A stretch of DNA of 63,420 nucleotides. Origin: a bacterium (GTDB lineage: Bacteria; Patescibacteriota; Minisyncoccia; Phycocordibacterales; UBA6899). Made by a program: the position numbers and the translations under genes. The stretch is from contig JAJZQJ010000003.1 of NCBI GenBank assembly GCA_021851895.1, forward strand, positions 1 through 63,420. The letters are read 5' to 3'. Within the stretch, counting starts at the first letter, position 1, and each line of letters starts with the position of its first letter. Positions 8,458 through 17,433 of the stretch are shown in pieces. The notes below the pieces were generated by a model. That model saw nothing but the letters and a program-made list of their open reading frames with translations. It was not told the origin of the DNA and searched no databases.

Positions 8458-9390
8458 ATGACGGGAGAAGCACATTTTGACACCATTGTCCTCGGAGGTG
8501 GGCCTGCTGGTCTTACTGCGGCGATATATCTTGCTCGTGCGAAATTGAAGACACTCGTCATCAATGAGGGCACTGTCGGAGGACAGATGATTCTCACTCA
8601 TGAGATCGCAAACTACCCTGGCGTTGAAAAGACGAGCGGTTATGCACTCTCTATGACCATGAAGAAGCAGGCGGAGTCATTTGGTGCAGAAGTGCTCGCA
8701 AATAAGACCGTTCTGTCTGTCGACATCGAGGGTGACGTAAAGAAGGTCATCCTTGAGGGCGACGTTACTTATACAGCGAAAAGCATCATTGTGGCGCCCG
8801 GAGGCCGTTCTCGAACACTCGGAGTGCCTGGTGAGGATGCGTTGAAGGGAAAAGGTATTTCTTACTGTGCGACCTGTGATGGCGATTTCTTCACCGATAA
8901 GGAGATCATCGTCGTCGGCGGTGGTAATTCTGCACTTGAGGAAGCTGTCTCTTTGACTAAATACGCAAAGCGTGTGACGGTGGTACACAAACTCGATCAT
9001 TTCGAAGCGCATAAACATGCAGTAGAAGAGGCAAAGGGACATCCCCGTGTCGATTTCATGATGGAGTCGGTGATCACCGAGTTCCATGGAAATGACAGGC
9101 TCGAGAGCGTCGATATCAAGGATCTCCATACGGGGAACACGCTCAATCGTAAAATCGATGGAGTATTCGTGTTTATCGGATACGTACCGAATACCGAGTC
9201 GTTCAAGGGCATGCTTGATTTGAATCAAGCAGGTGAGATAATGGTTACAGAGGGGATGGCTACAAACATCCCTGGTGTATTCGCAGCTGGAGATAGTACT
9301 GCGAAACGATTTAGACAGATCACGACCGCAGTTGCGGATGGCACCATCGCGGCGCTCTCCGCTGCGGAGTACGTCGAACGATCGCATTGA
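8458..9390 (+). CDS. trxB: thioredoxin-disulfide reductase
   Basis: GGGPAGLTAAIY FAD motif, redox CATCDG, GGGNSALEEA NADPH motif. 310 aa. Confidence 0.9.
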   Translation: MTGEAHFDTIVLGGGPAGLTAAIYLARAKLKTLVINEGTVGGQMILTHEIANYPGVEKTSGYALSMTMKKQAESFGAEVLANKTVLSVDIEGDVKKVILEGDVTYTAKSIIVAPGGRSRTLGVPGEDALKGKGISYCATCDGDFFTDKEIIVVGGGNSALEEAVSLTKYAKRVTVVHKLDHFEAHKHAVEEAKGHPRVDFMMESVITEFHGNDRLESVDIKDLHTGNTLNRKIDGVFVFIGYVPNTESFKGMLDLNQAGEIMVTEGMATNIPGVFAAGDSTAKRFRQITTAVADGTIAALSAAEYVERSH

Positions 9391-9416
9391 TCGATTATTG
9401 GGTAATATGAAAATAT

Positions 9417-10319
9417 ATGCATTTTGGAAAAAATGTCGGTAAGTGGGATAAGAAGATCCGGATCATACTTGCAGAAGTATTTGCGCTTCTCGCATTCTTC
9501 TGGTTCGGTGGTCTCTACGCTACGCTCTTCTGGGTGCTTGCGGCGATCATGATCGTCACTGCGCTCACAGGATTTTGCGGTATATATAAACTAATTGGAG
9601 TAAGTACTTATAAAGAGAATGAGGCGTGTCCTGCCGTTCCTGTACGCGTTGGGTTCATCTTATTCGCTCTTGTCGTACTTATTGCGGGAGGTTATTACAG
9701 CAATTTCTTCTCAAAGAAGTTCTATCTCGAAGATTTCAACCGCATGAACGATGCATATAAGCAGACATTGTTCTATACGGGTCAGGAGAAGCGTCAGGAG
9801 GCTGTAGAGAACTATCAGCGACTTATATTCCTCTATGCGCCATTCAGTGCGAAATATCGATCGTATCATCCTTACGCTTTACGAAACGATGCACAGCTTA
9901 ATGCCGATCTCATAAAGGCAGGTCAGATCATCGCAAGCGTTAATGATAAGGTGAACTCGGGTGACCTCAAATCTGCGCACACAGATCTCGAGCAGGTACG
10001 TCCTATCTTCCAAGAGATATTCAAGCGTAACGGATTCTCGATGCTCGCTGTCGCGCTCGTTGATTTTCATGATGCAATGGAGCAGATCATCGCGAAGGCA
10101 GATGCAAAGGACCCCGCTGGCGTCATCGCGATATATCCGTCAGTGAGTGAGAAGTTGAAGGCTGTTGAATCGGAAGATAACGATGCAGACATTCAGTCTA
10201 TTCGCCTGAAGCTCGACGAGCTTTTCGTGCTTGCACAGCGTGGAAGTGTCGACCAGCTCTCTCCAAAAGCAGCTGAGCTCAAATCAAGCTTTGTGAAAGT
10301 CTATCTCGTACGTGGATAG
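9417..10319 (+). CDS. DUF2892-like (YgaP-type) membrane protein with C-terminal helical domain
   Basis: N-terminal NVGKWDKKIRIILAE plus two TM helices resembles DUF2892. Remainder unknown. Confidence 0.5.
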   Translation: MHFGKNVGKWDKKIRIILAEVFALLAFFWFGGLYATLFWVLAAIMIVTALTGFCGIYKLIGVSTYKENEACPAVPVRVGFILFALVVLIAGGYYSNFFSKKFYLEDFNRMNDAYKQTLFYTGQEKRQEAVENYQRLIFLYAPFSAKYRSYHPYALRNDAQLNADLIKAGQIIASVNDKVNSGDLKSAHTDLEQVRPIFQEIFKRNGFSMLAVALVDFHDAMEQIIAKADAKDPAGVIAIYPSVSEKLKAVESEDNDADIQSIRLKLDELFVLAQRGSVDQLSPKAAELKSSFVKVYLVRG

Positions 10320-10325
10320 CCATAG

Positions 10326-10356
10326 AAACACCCGATGCTTATCACGGGTGTTTTTC
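10326..10356 (+). terminator. intrinsic terminator
   Basis: acacccg-loop-cgggtgt followed by ttttt. Confidence 0.65.
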
Positions 10357-10392
10357 ATTTTCTCTACACGCTCGACGTGTTATGCTGTTCTT

Positions 10393-11037
10393 ATGAGTCT
10401 CGGAATCGCCCTACTTCTCGTTGTCCTCCTCGGTTATTTCAGTAACTGGATCAATTGGAGATTTTTGAATTTTCGCATCATGCACGGTCTCTACTATATT
10501 GGAGCATTCGTGCATGAGTCCTCGCATGCACTTATGTGTTTGTTTACTCGTGCCAAGATAAGAGAATATGTCATATTCAGTGAACAGCCGCATGTTACTT
10601 ATGAACGTTCAAGATTTTCCTTCATCGGAGACATGCTTATCTCATCTGCGCCGGTATTTGGTGGATTGTTCTTCTTGTTTCTCCTGAATGTCGTCCTCTT
10701 TGATAAGGCGATCACCATACCAATACCCGAAGCGACGGTCGCCGGCTTACTGCTTTCTCCGTTGCGTATATTTGCAAGTATGCATGTATTCGAGTGGCAG
10801 AGCCTCGTGATGCTCATGCTATTTCTGAATGTAGGTGCGATGCTCGGTCCATCGATTCAGGATATGAAGAATATGTGGCTCATGCTCATTGTGCTCTTTT
10901 TCGTGCATATTCCGAGCCTCCTTGGCTTTGGCCTCATTGCGCTCTCTCTTGTGCTTGCGAATATATATCTCCAGCTCATTTTGATTCTCCTCGCTCGTCT
11001 CCTTTCTTGGTCTGTAGGTCTAATTCGCGGAGTTTAG
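10393..11037 (+). CDS. multi-pass membrane protein with HExxH motif (putative zincin peptidase)
   Basis: Start moved to MSLGIALLL downstream of the terminator. FVHESSHALM motif. 5-6 TM helices. Confidence 0.5.
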   Translation: MSLGIALLLVVLLGYFSNWINWRFLNFRIMHGLYYIGAFVHESSHALMCLFTRAKIREYVIFSEQPHVTYERSRFSFIGDMLISSAPVFGGLFFLFLLNVVLFDKAITIPIPEATVAGLLLSPLRIFASMHVFEWQSLVMLMLFLNVGAMLGPSIQDMKNMWLMLIVLFFVHIPSLLGFGLIALSLVLANIYLQLILILLARLLSWSVGLIRGV

Positions 11038-11070
11038 GTGGTGTTATAATTGTGCATATCCAATTCGGGC

Positions 11071-11481
11071 ATGAAAAAACACATTCCAAAGCGTTATCTT
11101 TATATCGTCTATGCGTCTATAGCGATACTCGTCGCGATACTTGTTTATCTCGCCTTTTTGCTTGCCATGCAATACCGTTATCTGGCACGCGAACAATTGG
11201 TTCATGGAAAGCACGTGCAGATAGCGAATTTTCGCAAGCAGCATGTTTTGACGATCAAGGATCTCTCCCTCATTGAATCATGGATGACGTTCGACTACAT
11301 AACCGTCGCGTTCAAGGTTCCTGCGACCGTACTCAAAGAGTCACTAAATATCGATGACTCACGATTTCCGCGTATCACTATATTCAGGTATGCGAGAAGC
11401 CATGGACTCAATGAATCTGAGTTCACACTACGCGTGATGGAGGCTGTGGGGAAGTATCTCATTGATACAAAGGTTAACTGA
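11071..11481 (+). CDS. membrane-anchored hypothetical protein
   Basis: ATG 11071 downstream of tgttataat (11043-11050). One TM helix. Confidence 0.45.
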   Translation: MKKHIPKRYLYIVYASIAILVAILVYLAFLLAMQYRYLAREQLVHGKHVQIANFRKQHVLTIKDLSLIESWMTFDYITVAFKVPATVLKESLNIDDSRFPRITIFRYARSHGLNESEFTLRVMEAVGKYLIDTKVN

Positions 11482-11487
11482 AAGACA

Positions 11488-12072
11488 ATGGATTACATAC
11501 TTTCCGTTTTGCTTTCATACTTGCTCCTGTATAAATACTTCGCGCTGTTTTCCGTGATGTATTTGGCTGGGCTCATCATTCCGTTTCCAATAAATACGCT
11601 CGTGTTTGCTGCGGGGGTATTCGCGAGTCAGGGATACTTCAATCTCTGGATGTCATTTATAGTGGCACTTTCCGGAAATGTCCTCGGCGATTATACCGGC
11701 TATTTGCTCACCGCCATTTGGAAGGAGCGCTATGTGAAGCGTCGTCACCTCGAGAAAGTCCCGTATCTGCCCGCTCTTGAGCGCTATTTAAGGCGCTATG
11801 CTGGGCTTACCGTTTTCTTTTCAAGATTTCTTGGTGTCGCAGGTTGTACGGTGAATTTCCTCTCCGGCCTTGCTGGCGTATCAAAGCGGCGCTTTCTCAC
11901 ATTTGACATACTCGGTAATGCGATTTCTTCGGGTGTATTTCTTCTTGGTGGGTATATACTAGGGACGTTCACCGAGACATTCTCGGATAGCATGAGCCTC
12001 ATTGGGCTGATGATCATGATCACTTTTGTTATCATAATCATCATTAACGTCATAAAAAGAAAAACATCATGA
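11488..12072 (+). CDS. DedA-family membrane protein
   Basis: SNARE-associated/DedA signature region GNVLGDYTGYLL. 4-5 TM helices. Confidence 0.8.
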   Translation: MDYILSVLLSYLLLYKYFALFSVMYLAGLIIPFPINTLVFAAGVFASQGYFNLWMSFIVALSGNVLGDYTGYLLTAIWKERYVKRRHLEKVPYLPALERYLRRYAGLTVFFSRFLGVAGCTVNFLSGLAGVSKRRFLTFDILGNAISSGVFLLGGYILGTFTETFSDSMSLIGLMIMITFVIIIIINVIKRKTS

Positions 12073-13010
12073 CGAAACACAGACACATCTTACTCGGCAT
12101 ATTTGCACTCTTCATCATATTTGCTGGAGTATATTTTGCGGTCGACATAAGGCAAGAAAGCGATTTATCGGTGCAGATAATGCCAAAAAGCCAAGAGCTG
12201 GGAAACATTGGCGCCGATGTGCGTGATGCGACTTTTATGTTTGATGATAAGCCAATCACGTTGAAGGACGGTGTTGCCTCCGAAGAGATCGTGCCTGGTG
12301 GGCAGTCGATGGCAGTGACGAAATATTTCGGCAATGAAGCAAAGGGAGATCTCAATGGGGATGGTAGGGAAGATGTTGTCTTATTGCTCACAAGAACAAT
12401 GGGTGGTTCAGGCACCTTCTATTATGTTGCCGTAGCGCTCGCAACTGATGGTGGGTATGTGGGGTCAGAGGCGTATCTCATAGGAGATCGCATCGCTCCA
12501 CAATCGACGAACATAGACCGTAATGGGGTTATCCTCGTCAACTATGCTGATCGCAAGCAGGGACAGCCTTTCTCTGTGCCACCAAGTGAAGGAAAGACAT
12601 TACGTTTGAAATTGGATCCAGAAACGATGCGTTTTGCGATCGTTGCTGATGGTACCGGTGAAGCTGATCCGTCATCGATGTCCCTTACGATGAAGTCGTG
12701 GAGCTGGCAGTACACAGCACTGAAAGATGATTCGAAGATCGTTCCGAAGCGTCAAGGAAAGTTCACTTTGAAGTTCGATGATTCCGGGAGGGTGTCTGTA
12801 GGAACAGACTGTAACACAGCTGGTGGAAAATATTCTGCCCTAGGTAAAGAACTCCACTTCGATGCATTCGTTTCGACAGAGATGTTCTGTGCAGGTTCTG
12901 AGGAGGGGTTGTTCGTGAAAGAGTTGCAATCCGTATTCCTTTATGATTTCAATGATAGAGGAGAGCTCATACTCACACTGCTTGATGGGGAGTCTATGCA
13001 CTTCAAATAA
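12069..13010 (+). CDS. membrane-anchored protein with C-terminal META (HslJ-like) domain
   Basis: ATGA overlap with dedA. C-terminal WSWQY...KFTLKFDDSGRVSVGTDCNTAGGKY...MFCAG typical of META domains. Confidence 0.7.
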   Translation: MTKHRHILLGIFALFIIFAGVYFAVDIRQESDLSVQIMPKSQELGNIGADVRDATFMFDDKPITLKDGVASEEIVPGGQSMAVTKYFGNEAKGDLNGDGREDVVLLLTRTMGGSGTFYYVAVALATDGGYVGSEAYLIGDRIAPQSTNIDRNGVILVNYADRKQGQPFSVPPSEGKTLRLKLDPETMRFAIVADGTGEADPSSMSLTMKSWSWQYTALKDDSKIVPKRQGKFTLKFDDSGRVSVGTDCNTAGGKYSALGKELHFDAFVSTEMFCAGSEEGLFVKELQSVFLYDFNDRGELILTLLDGESMHFK

Positions 13011-13031
13011 AAAATGCCCACAGGGCACTTT

Positions 13032-13433
13032 TTATTTTTTCCAGCGCTTGTAGAGCTCGTCATTCTCTTGTTGGCGTTCTGCGATTTCGAGATCGCGCAG
13101 ACGCTTGAATTCCTGCTCTGCGGCATCTGCGTCTTTTGTCGCTTGTGCGAGCTGCTCTTTGGTCATTTCGTCGTCAGGCCATACGCCGATCATCTCTTTA
13201 TACCTCGTTGCCATATCAATGAGGGTGGGCTCTGTGTTTACCGGAGCAGGATGAGATACTGTTTCTGTCGGATTAAAGACAGGAACGAGTGGCTGCGTGT
13301 TTGCCTCCTGCTGTTGCACACCCGGGAATGAGACGATGTTTTGATGAGTTTCTGCGGGTGATTCTGGGAGTCCGTCGAGTTCTTCTTGAGAGAAAAGTGG
13401 GGGATGCTCTTCCATATAGGGAAAGCATAGCAA
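13032..13433 (-). CDS. hypothetical protein
   Basis: 133-aa ORF with acidic/coiled C-terminus. No recognisable motif. Confidence 0.4.
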   Translation of the reverse strand: MLCFPYMEEHPPLFSQEELDGLPESPAETHQNIVSFPGVQQQEANTQPLVPVFNPTETVSHPAPVNTEPTLIDMATRYKEMIGVWPDDEMTKEQLAQATKDADAAEQEFKRLRDLEIAERQQENDELYKRWKK

Positions 13434-13474
13434 AGGTTACGCTGTGGTGCAATGAAAAACAGCCCGAGAGCTGT

Positions 13475-13849
13475 TTAGTGACTGTGTGTGCCACAATCTG
13501 CGCAGCCACCTTGAAGGAGGATCATTTGCCAGTGGTGCGCGTATTCGGTCATGCCTTGTTTTGCGAACCAGGCATAAAATGTAATGAATGAGGGTGTGTC
13601 CGCTGACGCTTCACTGTTCTCTTGTTCGAGTAAGGTGGCATAGCGCGTAACTGCTTGAGCAATATGCTTTTCTGCTGATTTTCTGAGTGATGTTGTTGGT
13701 ATCTCAAGCTTCGCAACATCCTCATCGGATTCGAATGCGCTGACAAGCGTATCGAGGCTCGGTCCGATATACGCAAGAAGAGGCTCGATGTCGTGCTCGA
13801 GAGCTTTTGCGATCAGTGTGCGTTCGTTTTCTTTTACTGTATCTGTCAT
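13475..13849 (-). CDS. hypothetical protein
   Basis: 124-aa ORF ending in GGCADCGTHSH. No recognisable family. Confidence 0.45.
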   Translation of the reverse strand: MTDTVKENERTLIAKALEHDIEPLLAYIGPSLDTLVSAFESDEDVAKLEIPTTSLRKSAEKHIAQAVTRYATLLEQENSEASADTPSFITFYAWFAKQGMTEYAHHWQMILLQGGCADCGTHSH

Positions 13850-13912
13850 GAAGTTTTCACATGATAACCCGATTATTCAGCATGTCAAGAGATCTTGTTG
13901 TATTCTATTCCG

Positions 13913-13921
13913 TGCTATCAT
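13913..13921 (+). promoter_or_regulatory. extended -10 box (TGCTATCAT) 6 nt upstream of ATG 13928
   Basis: Same geometry as the other leaderless-type promoters. Confidence 0.55.
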
Positions 13922-13927
13922 CGAGCA

Positions 13928-14434
13928 ATGAAATTGAGGGCTATCGAAGAAAAAACTCCGCTCGGCATCTTCTCGATACTATTCATCTCGGAAAGATCTG
14001 ACGAGTTTATCGCTTTGGTTTCTGGTTTTGCAAATACCCGGTCATTGCGCAAAAAACTGCCGTCTTTGTATCGTTCCCTTGAGCTCGAGGCTCATGAGGA
14101 AGGACATCCGCTTCGAGATGCCATAAAGTCATATTTCAATGGTGATCATCGTGCTTTCTCAAATGTCCCGCTGCAGATCGAGGGTACTCGGTTTCAAGAG
14201 GAAATATGGAATGAAATTGCGAAGATAAAACTAGGAGAGACGATCTCTTATCGTGAGCTTGCTGGTCGATCAGGTCATGCGTCAGCGATTCGAGCTGCTG
14301 CATCGGCGTGCGCATTGAATCGTTTGGTGCTTCTCCTGCCTTGTCATCGCATCATAAGAAGCGACGGCTCCATCGGAGACTATGCATTTGGAAAAAAGCG
14401 AAAGGAGGCCTTGTTGCGCCTCGAGAGGGAATAG
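13928..14434 (+). CDS. ogt: methylated-DNA--protein-cysteine methyltransferase
   Basis: YRELAGRSGHASAIRAAASACALNRLVLLLPCHRIIRSDGSIG (PCHR active site). Confidence 0.85.
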   Translation: MKLRAIEEKTPLGIFSILFISERSDEFIALVSGFANTRSLRKKLPSLYRSLELEAHEEGHPLRDAIKSYFNGDHRAFSNVPLQIEGTRFQEEIWNEIAKIKLGETISYRELAGRSGHASAIRAAASACALNRLVLLLPCHRIIRSDGSIGDYAFGKKRKEALLRLERE

Positions 14435-14717
14435 TAAGAGCCCTCAGTCACATTTTTGAAATGTGTATAGTAAGTGCATAATTTGTGCATTGCATGTCTC
14501 GATGCAAGTGTTACGATGATTGTAACGGATGACCACGATATAAGAAATGGATGAGGAAGGAAGACCATTCGCCATATCCTTGCAAGCAAGGAGGCTTCCA
14601 AAGTGGCACCGTTGTCGTGTTGAATATCGTAAGCCAAAGCAGACACAAAAGGAATGAATAGTGTTCACCTGTGCGTTGTCAGTGAATCTGAGAATTTAAG
14701 GTTTCCAGCGATATTCA

Positions 14718-14748
14718 CCGTGAAAATGACCCCAATGGGGTCATTTTC
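14718..14748. terminator. bidirectional intrinsic terminator
   Basis: aaaatgacccc-aat-ggggtcatttt. Confidence 0.7.
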
Positions 14749-14750
14749 AT

Positions 14751-15758
14751 TTAATTGATCTCGATGTCGACATAGGCAACCTCCGGAAATCGTTCCTTCA
14801 TGTTCTTCTCTATCTTGTCGATATGATTTCCGACGAGTCGCGGGATGCGGTCGAGCATTTTGAGCATAAGTTTTGCAAATTCACTGTAGTCGTCCTTCAC
14901 TTCATCGAATTCCTCGCGCAGATCACCGGCATCGTAAATCTCTTCATAGAGTGGTGATCCGTTCCATTCGACGGTTGCGAAGATGCGGTATTTGCCGACA
15001 TCGATCGCAGTTGATTTGAATTCGAGGATCTGTTCGATGCAGGGATCTTTGAGGAGAAAGTCCATGATGTCTTCTCGTGTGTCTTCGTCGAGCGGTTTCC
15101 CTATGAGGTACTGATGGTTCTTTATGATGAGAATGACCGCGAGCGTTCCGAGAAGTAAACCGACGATGATACCGCCTACTGCATCGTAAGAGGCATTTCC
15201 TGTTATGTAGACAAGTGCCTGCGCGAGCATTGCGATAAGCACGCCGAGTACCGCTGCGCCATCTTCGTAGACAACGGCGAGCGTTACGGGGTCGGCGTCT
15301 GCGAAGATCTTTCGAGAGAAGCGACGATCGCCTTTAACTTCTCGGATCGCAATCAAGAGCGTTGCTCCTTCGACGAGTAATGCGATGAGCAGGATGAGAA
15401 ATGAGAGATAACTGAATTCGGAGACGTTATGTCCGCTATTGCGCAATAGAGAATCGATCGAGTGATAGACGGTTACACCAGCACCGATGAATAAGATACC
15501 GCATGCGGAGATGAGCGACCAAAAGAATCTCTCGATGCCGTAGCCATAGCCACGTTCATCGTCCGCCGGACGCTTCGAGCGCTTGATGCCTATAAGCAGT
15601 AGGGATTGATTTAGTGTATCAGCGAAACTGTGGACGCTTTCTGCGAACATACTTGTTGAGCCGCTGATGATCGCAATTATCGTTTTGAGTACCGTAACGA
15701 GCGTATTACCGAGCAAGGCCGCAATTACTGGTATCTTGCCGTGGGTGTGTGAAGACAT
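14751..15758 (-). CDS. cation diffusion facilitator (CDF) family transporter
   Basis: FAESVHSFADTLNQ motif, 6 TM helices plus cytoplasmic C-terminal domain. Confidence 0.85.
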   Translation of the reverse strand: MSSHTHGKIPVIAALLGNTLVTVLKTIIAIISGSTSMFAESVHSFADTLNQSLLLIGIKRSKRPADDERGYGYGIERFFWSLISACGILFIGAGVTVYHSIDSLLRNSGHNVSEFSYLSFLILLIALLVEGATLLIAIREVKGDRRFSRKIFADADPVTLAVVYEDGAAVLGVLIAMLAQALVYITGNASYDAVGGIIVGLLLGTLAVILIIKNHQYLIGKPLDEDTREDIMDFLLKDPCIEQILEFKSTAIDVGKYRIFATVEWNGSPLYEEIYDAGDLREEFDEVKDDYSEFAKLMLKMLDRIPRLVGNHIDKIEKNMKERFPEVAYVDIEIN

Positions 15759-15871
15759 TAGCTAATGATAGCATGAATACAATGCCGAGGTGATAGGTCA
15801 TAGGGGATAGGTCATAGGAAATAATATGGTATTTCCTATGACCTTCCGCTTTTTTCTGCTACTATTTACCC

Positions 15872-16348
15872 ATGACATACGAACGTCCCGACTGGGATAC
15901 CTATTTTATGAGCATCTGCGAGGCGGTGGGTGCGCGCTCGACCTGTGATCGCGGTCGCGTTGGTGCAGTCGTCACTCGTGATAATCACATACTTTCAACG
16001 GGTTATGCTGGTGCTCCGAGAAAGCTTCCGTCGTGTGATGAGGTGGGCCATGAGTTCCATACGGTGCGGCATGCCGATGGGCATGAGACACAACACTGTA
16101 TTCGCACCGCGCACGCTGAGCAGAATGCGATCATTGAGGCGGCTCGTGTCGGTATCGCGCTCGACGGATCAACAATATATGTGCGCATGACCCCGTGCTA
16201 TGTCTGCGCGAAGATGATCGTGAATGCAGGAGTACGCCGCGTTGTCGCAAAGCAGGACTATCATGCCGCAGATAGATCCAAGGAGATCTTGGACGCTGCA
16301 GGAATTGAGCTTGTTGTTCTTGAAAATGCAGTTGTAAGTTACAAATGA
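15872..16348 (+). CDS. deoxycytidylate (dCMP) deaminase
   Basis: HAEQNAI and PCYVCAKMI zinc-binding motifs. TGCTACTAT plus 6 nt plus ATG promoter geometry. Confidence 0.85.
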   Translation: MTYERPDWDTYFMSICEAVGARSTCDRGRVGAVVTRDNHILSTGYAGAPRKLPSCDEVGHEFHTVRHADGHETQHCIRTAHAEQNAIIEAARVGIALDGSTIYVRMTPCYVCAKMIVNAGVRRVVAKQDYHAADRSKEILDAAGIELVVLENAVVSYK

Positions 16349-16381
16349 AAAAGCCCCTTGGGGGGCTTTGTTTATAGAAAA

Positions 16382-17269
16382 TTAGGCTTCAGTGCGATCG
16401 AGCGCGAGTTTGCGATCGGTCGCCTCGAGCAGTGATGCAAGCGCGTCGGCGAGCTTGTGCTTGTTAACACGCGAATGCGCGAACTTTCGCTGCTCTGGTG
16501 TGCCGCGCTGGAGAAGTCCTCCGGCGGGGGAGAGCGTCCATTCGCCCTTCTCTCCGGCCGCATCGATAAGATGGTCGATGCTCTCGTCGCCAAGCTGTGC
16601 CTTTTCGTTCGGGTGACGCAGGATTCCGAGATTGTAGCCATCGGTGAAGATGATAAAGCGGACGTTATAGTCCTGGAAGAGGACGCCATGCACAGGGCTT
16701 CCTGCACACCGGCCGTTTGAGATGGCGATCTTTCCATTATGGAAGAGGTCAGTCTTCTCGGCCTGGTCTTTGATCAAGATGCGGTTGCGCCCCGCCTTAA
16801 GGAGTCCGTCGAAGATTTCGGACATCCGCGAGTAGTGGATGTCGCCCCCTTGTGGATAGATCGCTTTGAGCGCGGAGAGGATCGCATCGAGGCTGGTGTG
16901 GCTGATGACGGACTGATTCGCCCTGGATGCACTCGGGGCAAGCGTGTGGCCGATCGACTTCGAGGGGTGCCACTGCTGGATGTAGCGCACGAGGTCCTCG
17001 AGCGCCGCACGATCTGCTTCGGTGGCATATCGCTTCACGATCGCGGGGAAGGTCTCGAGCATACGCCCGTTCATCATCGCCCGTTCGGTTCGGGTCAGCG
17101 TGTCCTCGCAACCTACGAAGAGGTCGTTCGGCTTCACATCTTTGAGATTCGGGAACCGCTTCAGGAATTTGATCTCCTCAGTGCTCCGGTCGGGGACGAA
17201 TAGTTTCGTCGCCCAGAGTGCTGCGAGGATGGGGAGGTTTGTCTTGCCGAGAACGAAGATGTTCGTCAC
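16382..17269 (-). CDS. hypothetical protein encoded in a visibly GC-richer segment
   Basis: 295-aa ORF. Many long overlapping shadow ORFs on both strands, typical of a high-GC insert. No recognisable motif. Confidence 0.55.
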   Translation of the reverse strand: MTNIFVLGKTNLPILAALWATKLFVPDRSTEEIKFLKRFPNLKDVKPNDLFVGCEDTLTRTERAMMNGRMLETFPAIVKRYATEADRAALEDLVRYIQQWHPSKSIGHTLAPSASRANQSVISHTSLDAILSALKAIYPQGGDIHYSRMSEIFDGLLKAGRNRILIKDQAEKTDLFHNGKIAISNGRCAGSPVHGVLFQDYNVRFIIFTDGYNLGILRHPNEKAQLGDESIDHLIDAAGEKGEWTLSPAGGLLQRGTPEQRKFAHSRVNKHKLADALASLLEATDRKLALDRTEA

Positions 17270-17406
17270 TGCTACTCCTTACGGGCTGAGTTGCCCTTGT
17301 GGTGGGAAAGAACAGAAATGCGCATGTGCGCAAGTAGCAATCGCTACTGTCTTGAAATACCATATTATATGGCTATAGTCAAGGGTATTCCTGTGTATTT
17401 GACTGG

Positions 17407-17420
17407 ACTACAAATGTAGT
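17407..17420. promoter_or_regulatory. 6-2-6 inverted repeat ACTACA-AA-TGTAGT, candidate ArsR operator
   Basis: Perfect palindrome 14-27 nt upstream of the arsR-like ATG (17434), overlapping a -10-like TAGTTT. Confidence 0.4.
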
Positions 17421-17433
17421 TTATCCTTCAAAT

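Noticed and set aside
8677-9387. Long antisense ORFs inside well-supported genes (8677-9387 in trxB, 31274-31996 in uvrB, 44174-44878 and 45146-45730 in leuS, 40932-41534 in uvrC/ddl, 41749-42198 in ddl, 37455-37919 in uvrA).
   Set aside because: The sense-strand genes have unambiguous family motifs over their full length. The antisense frames have no motifs or signals.
14530-14560. GGAAGGAAG motif resembling the conserved SRP (4.5S) RNA domain IV sequence.
   Set aside because: The flanking bases cannot form the helix-8 stem closing a GNRA tetraloop and the rest of the SRP consensus is absent. It is left as a generic candidate sRNA region only.
16372-17378. Eight additional ORFs of 61-154 aa overlapping 16382-17269 on both strands.
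   Set aside because: They are shadow frames caused by the high GC content of this segment. Only the 295-aa frame spans the whole interval between the flanking intergenic regions.
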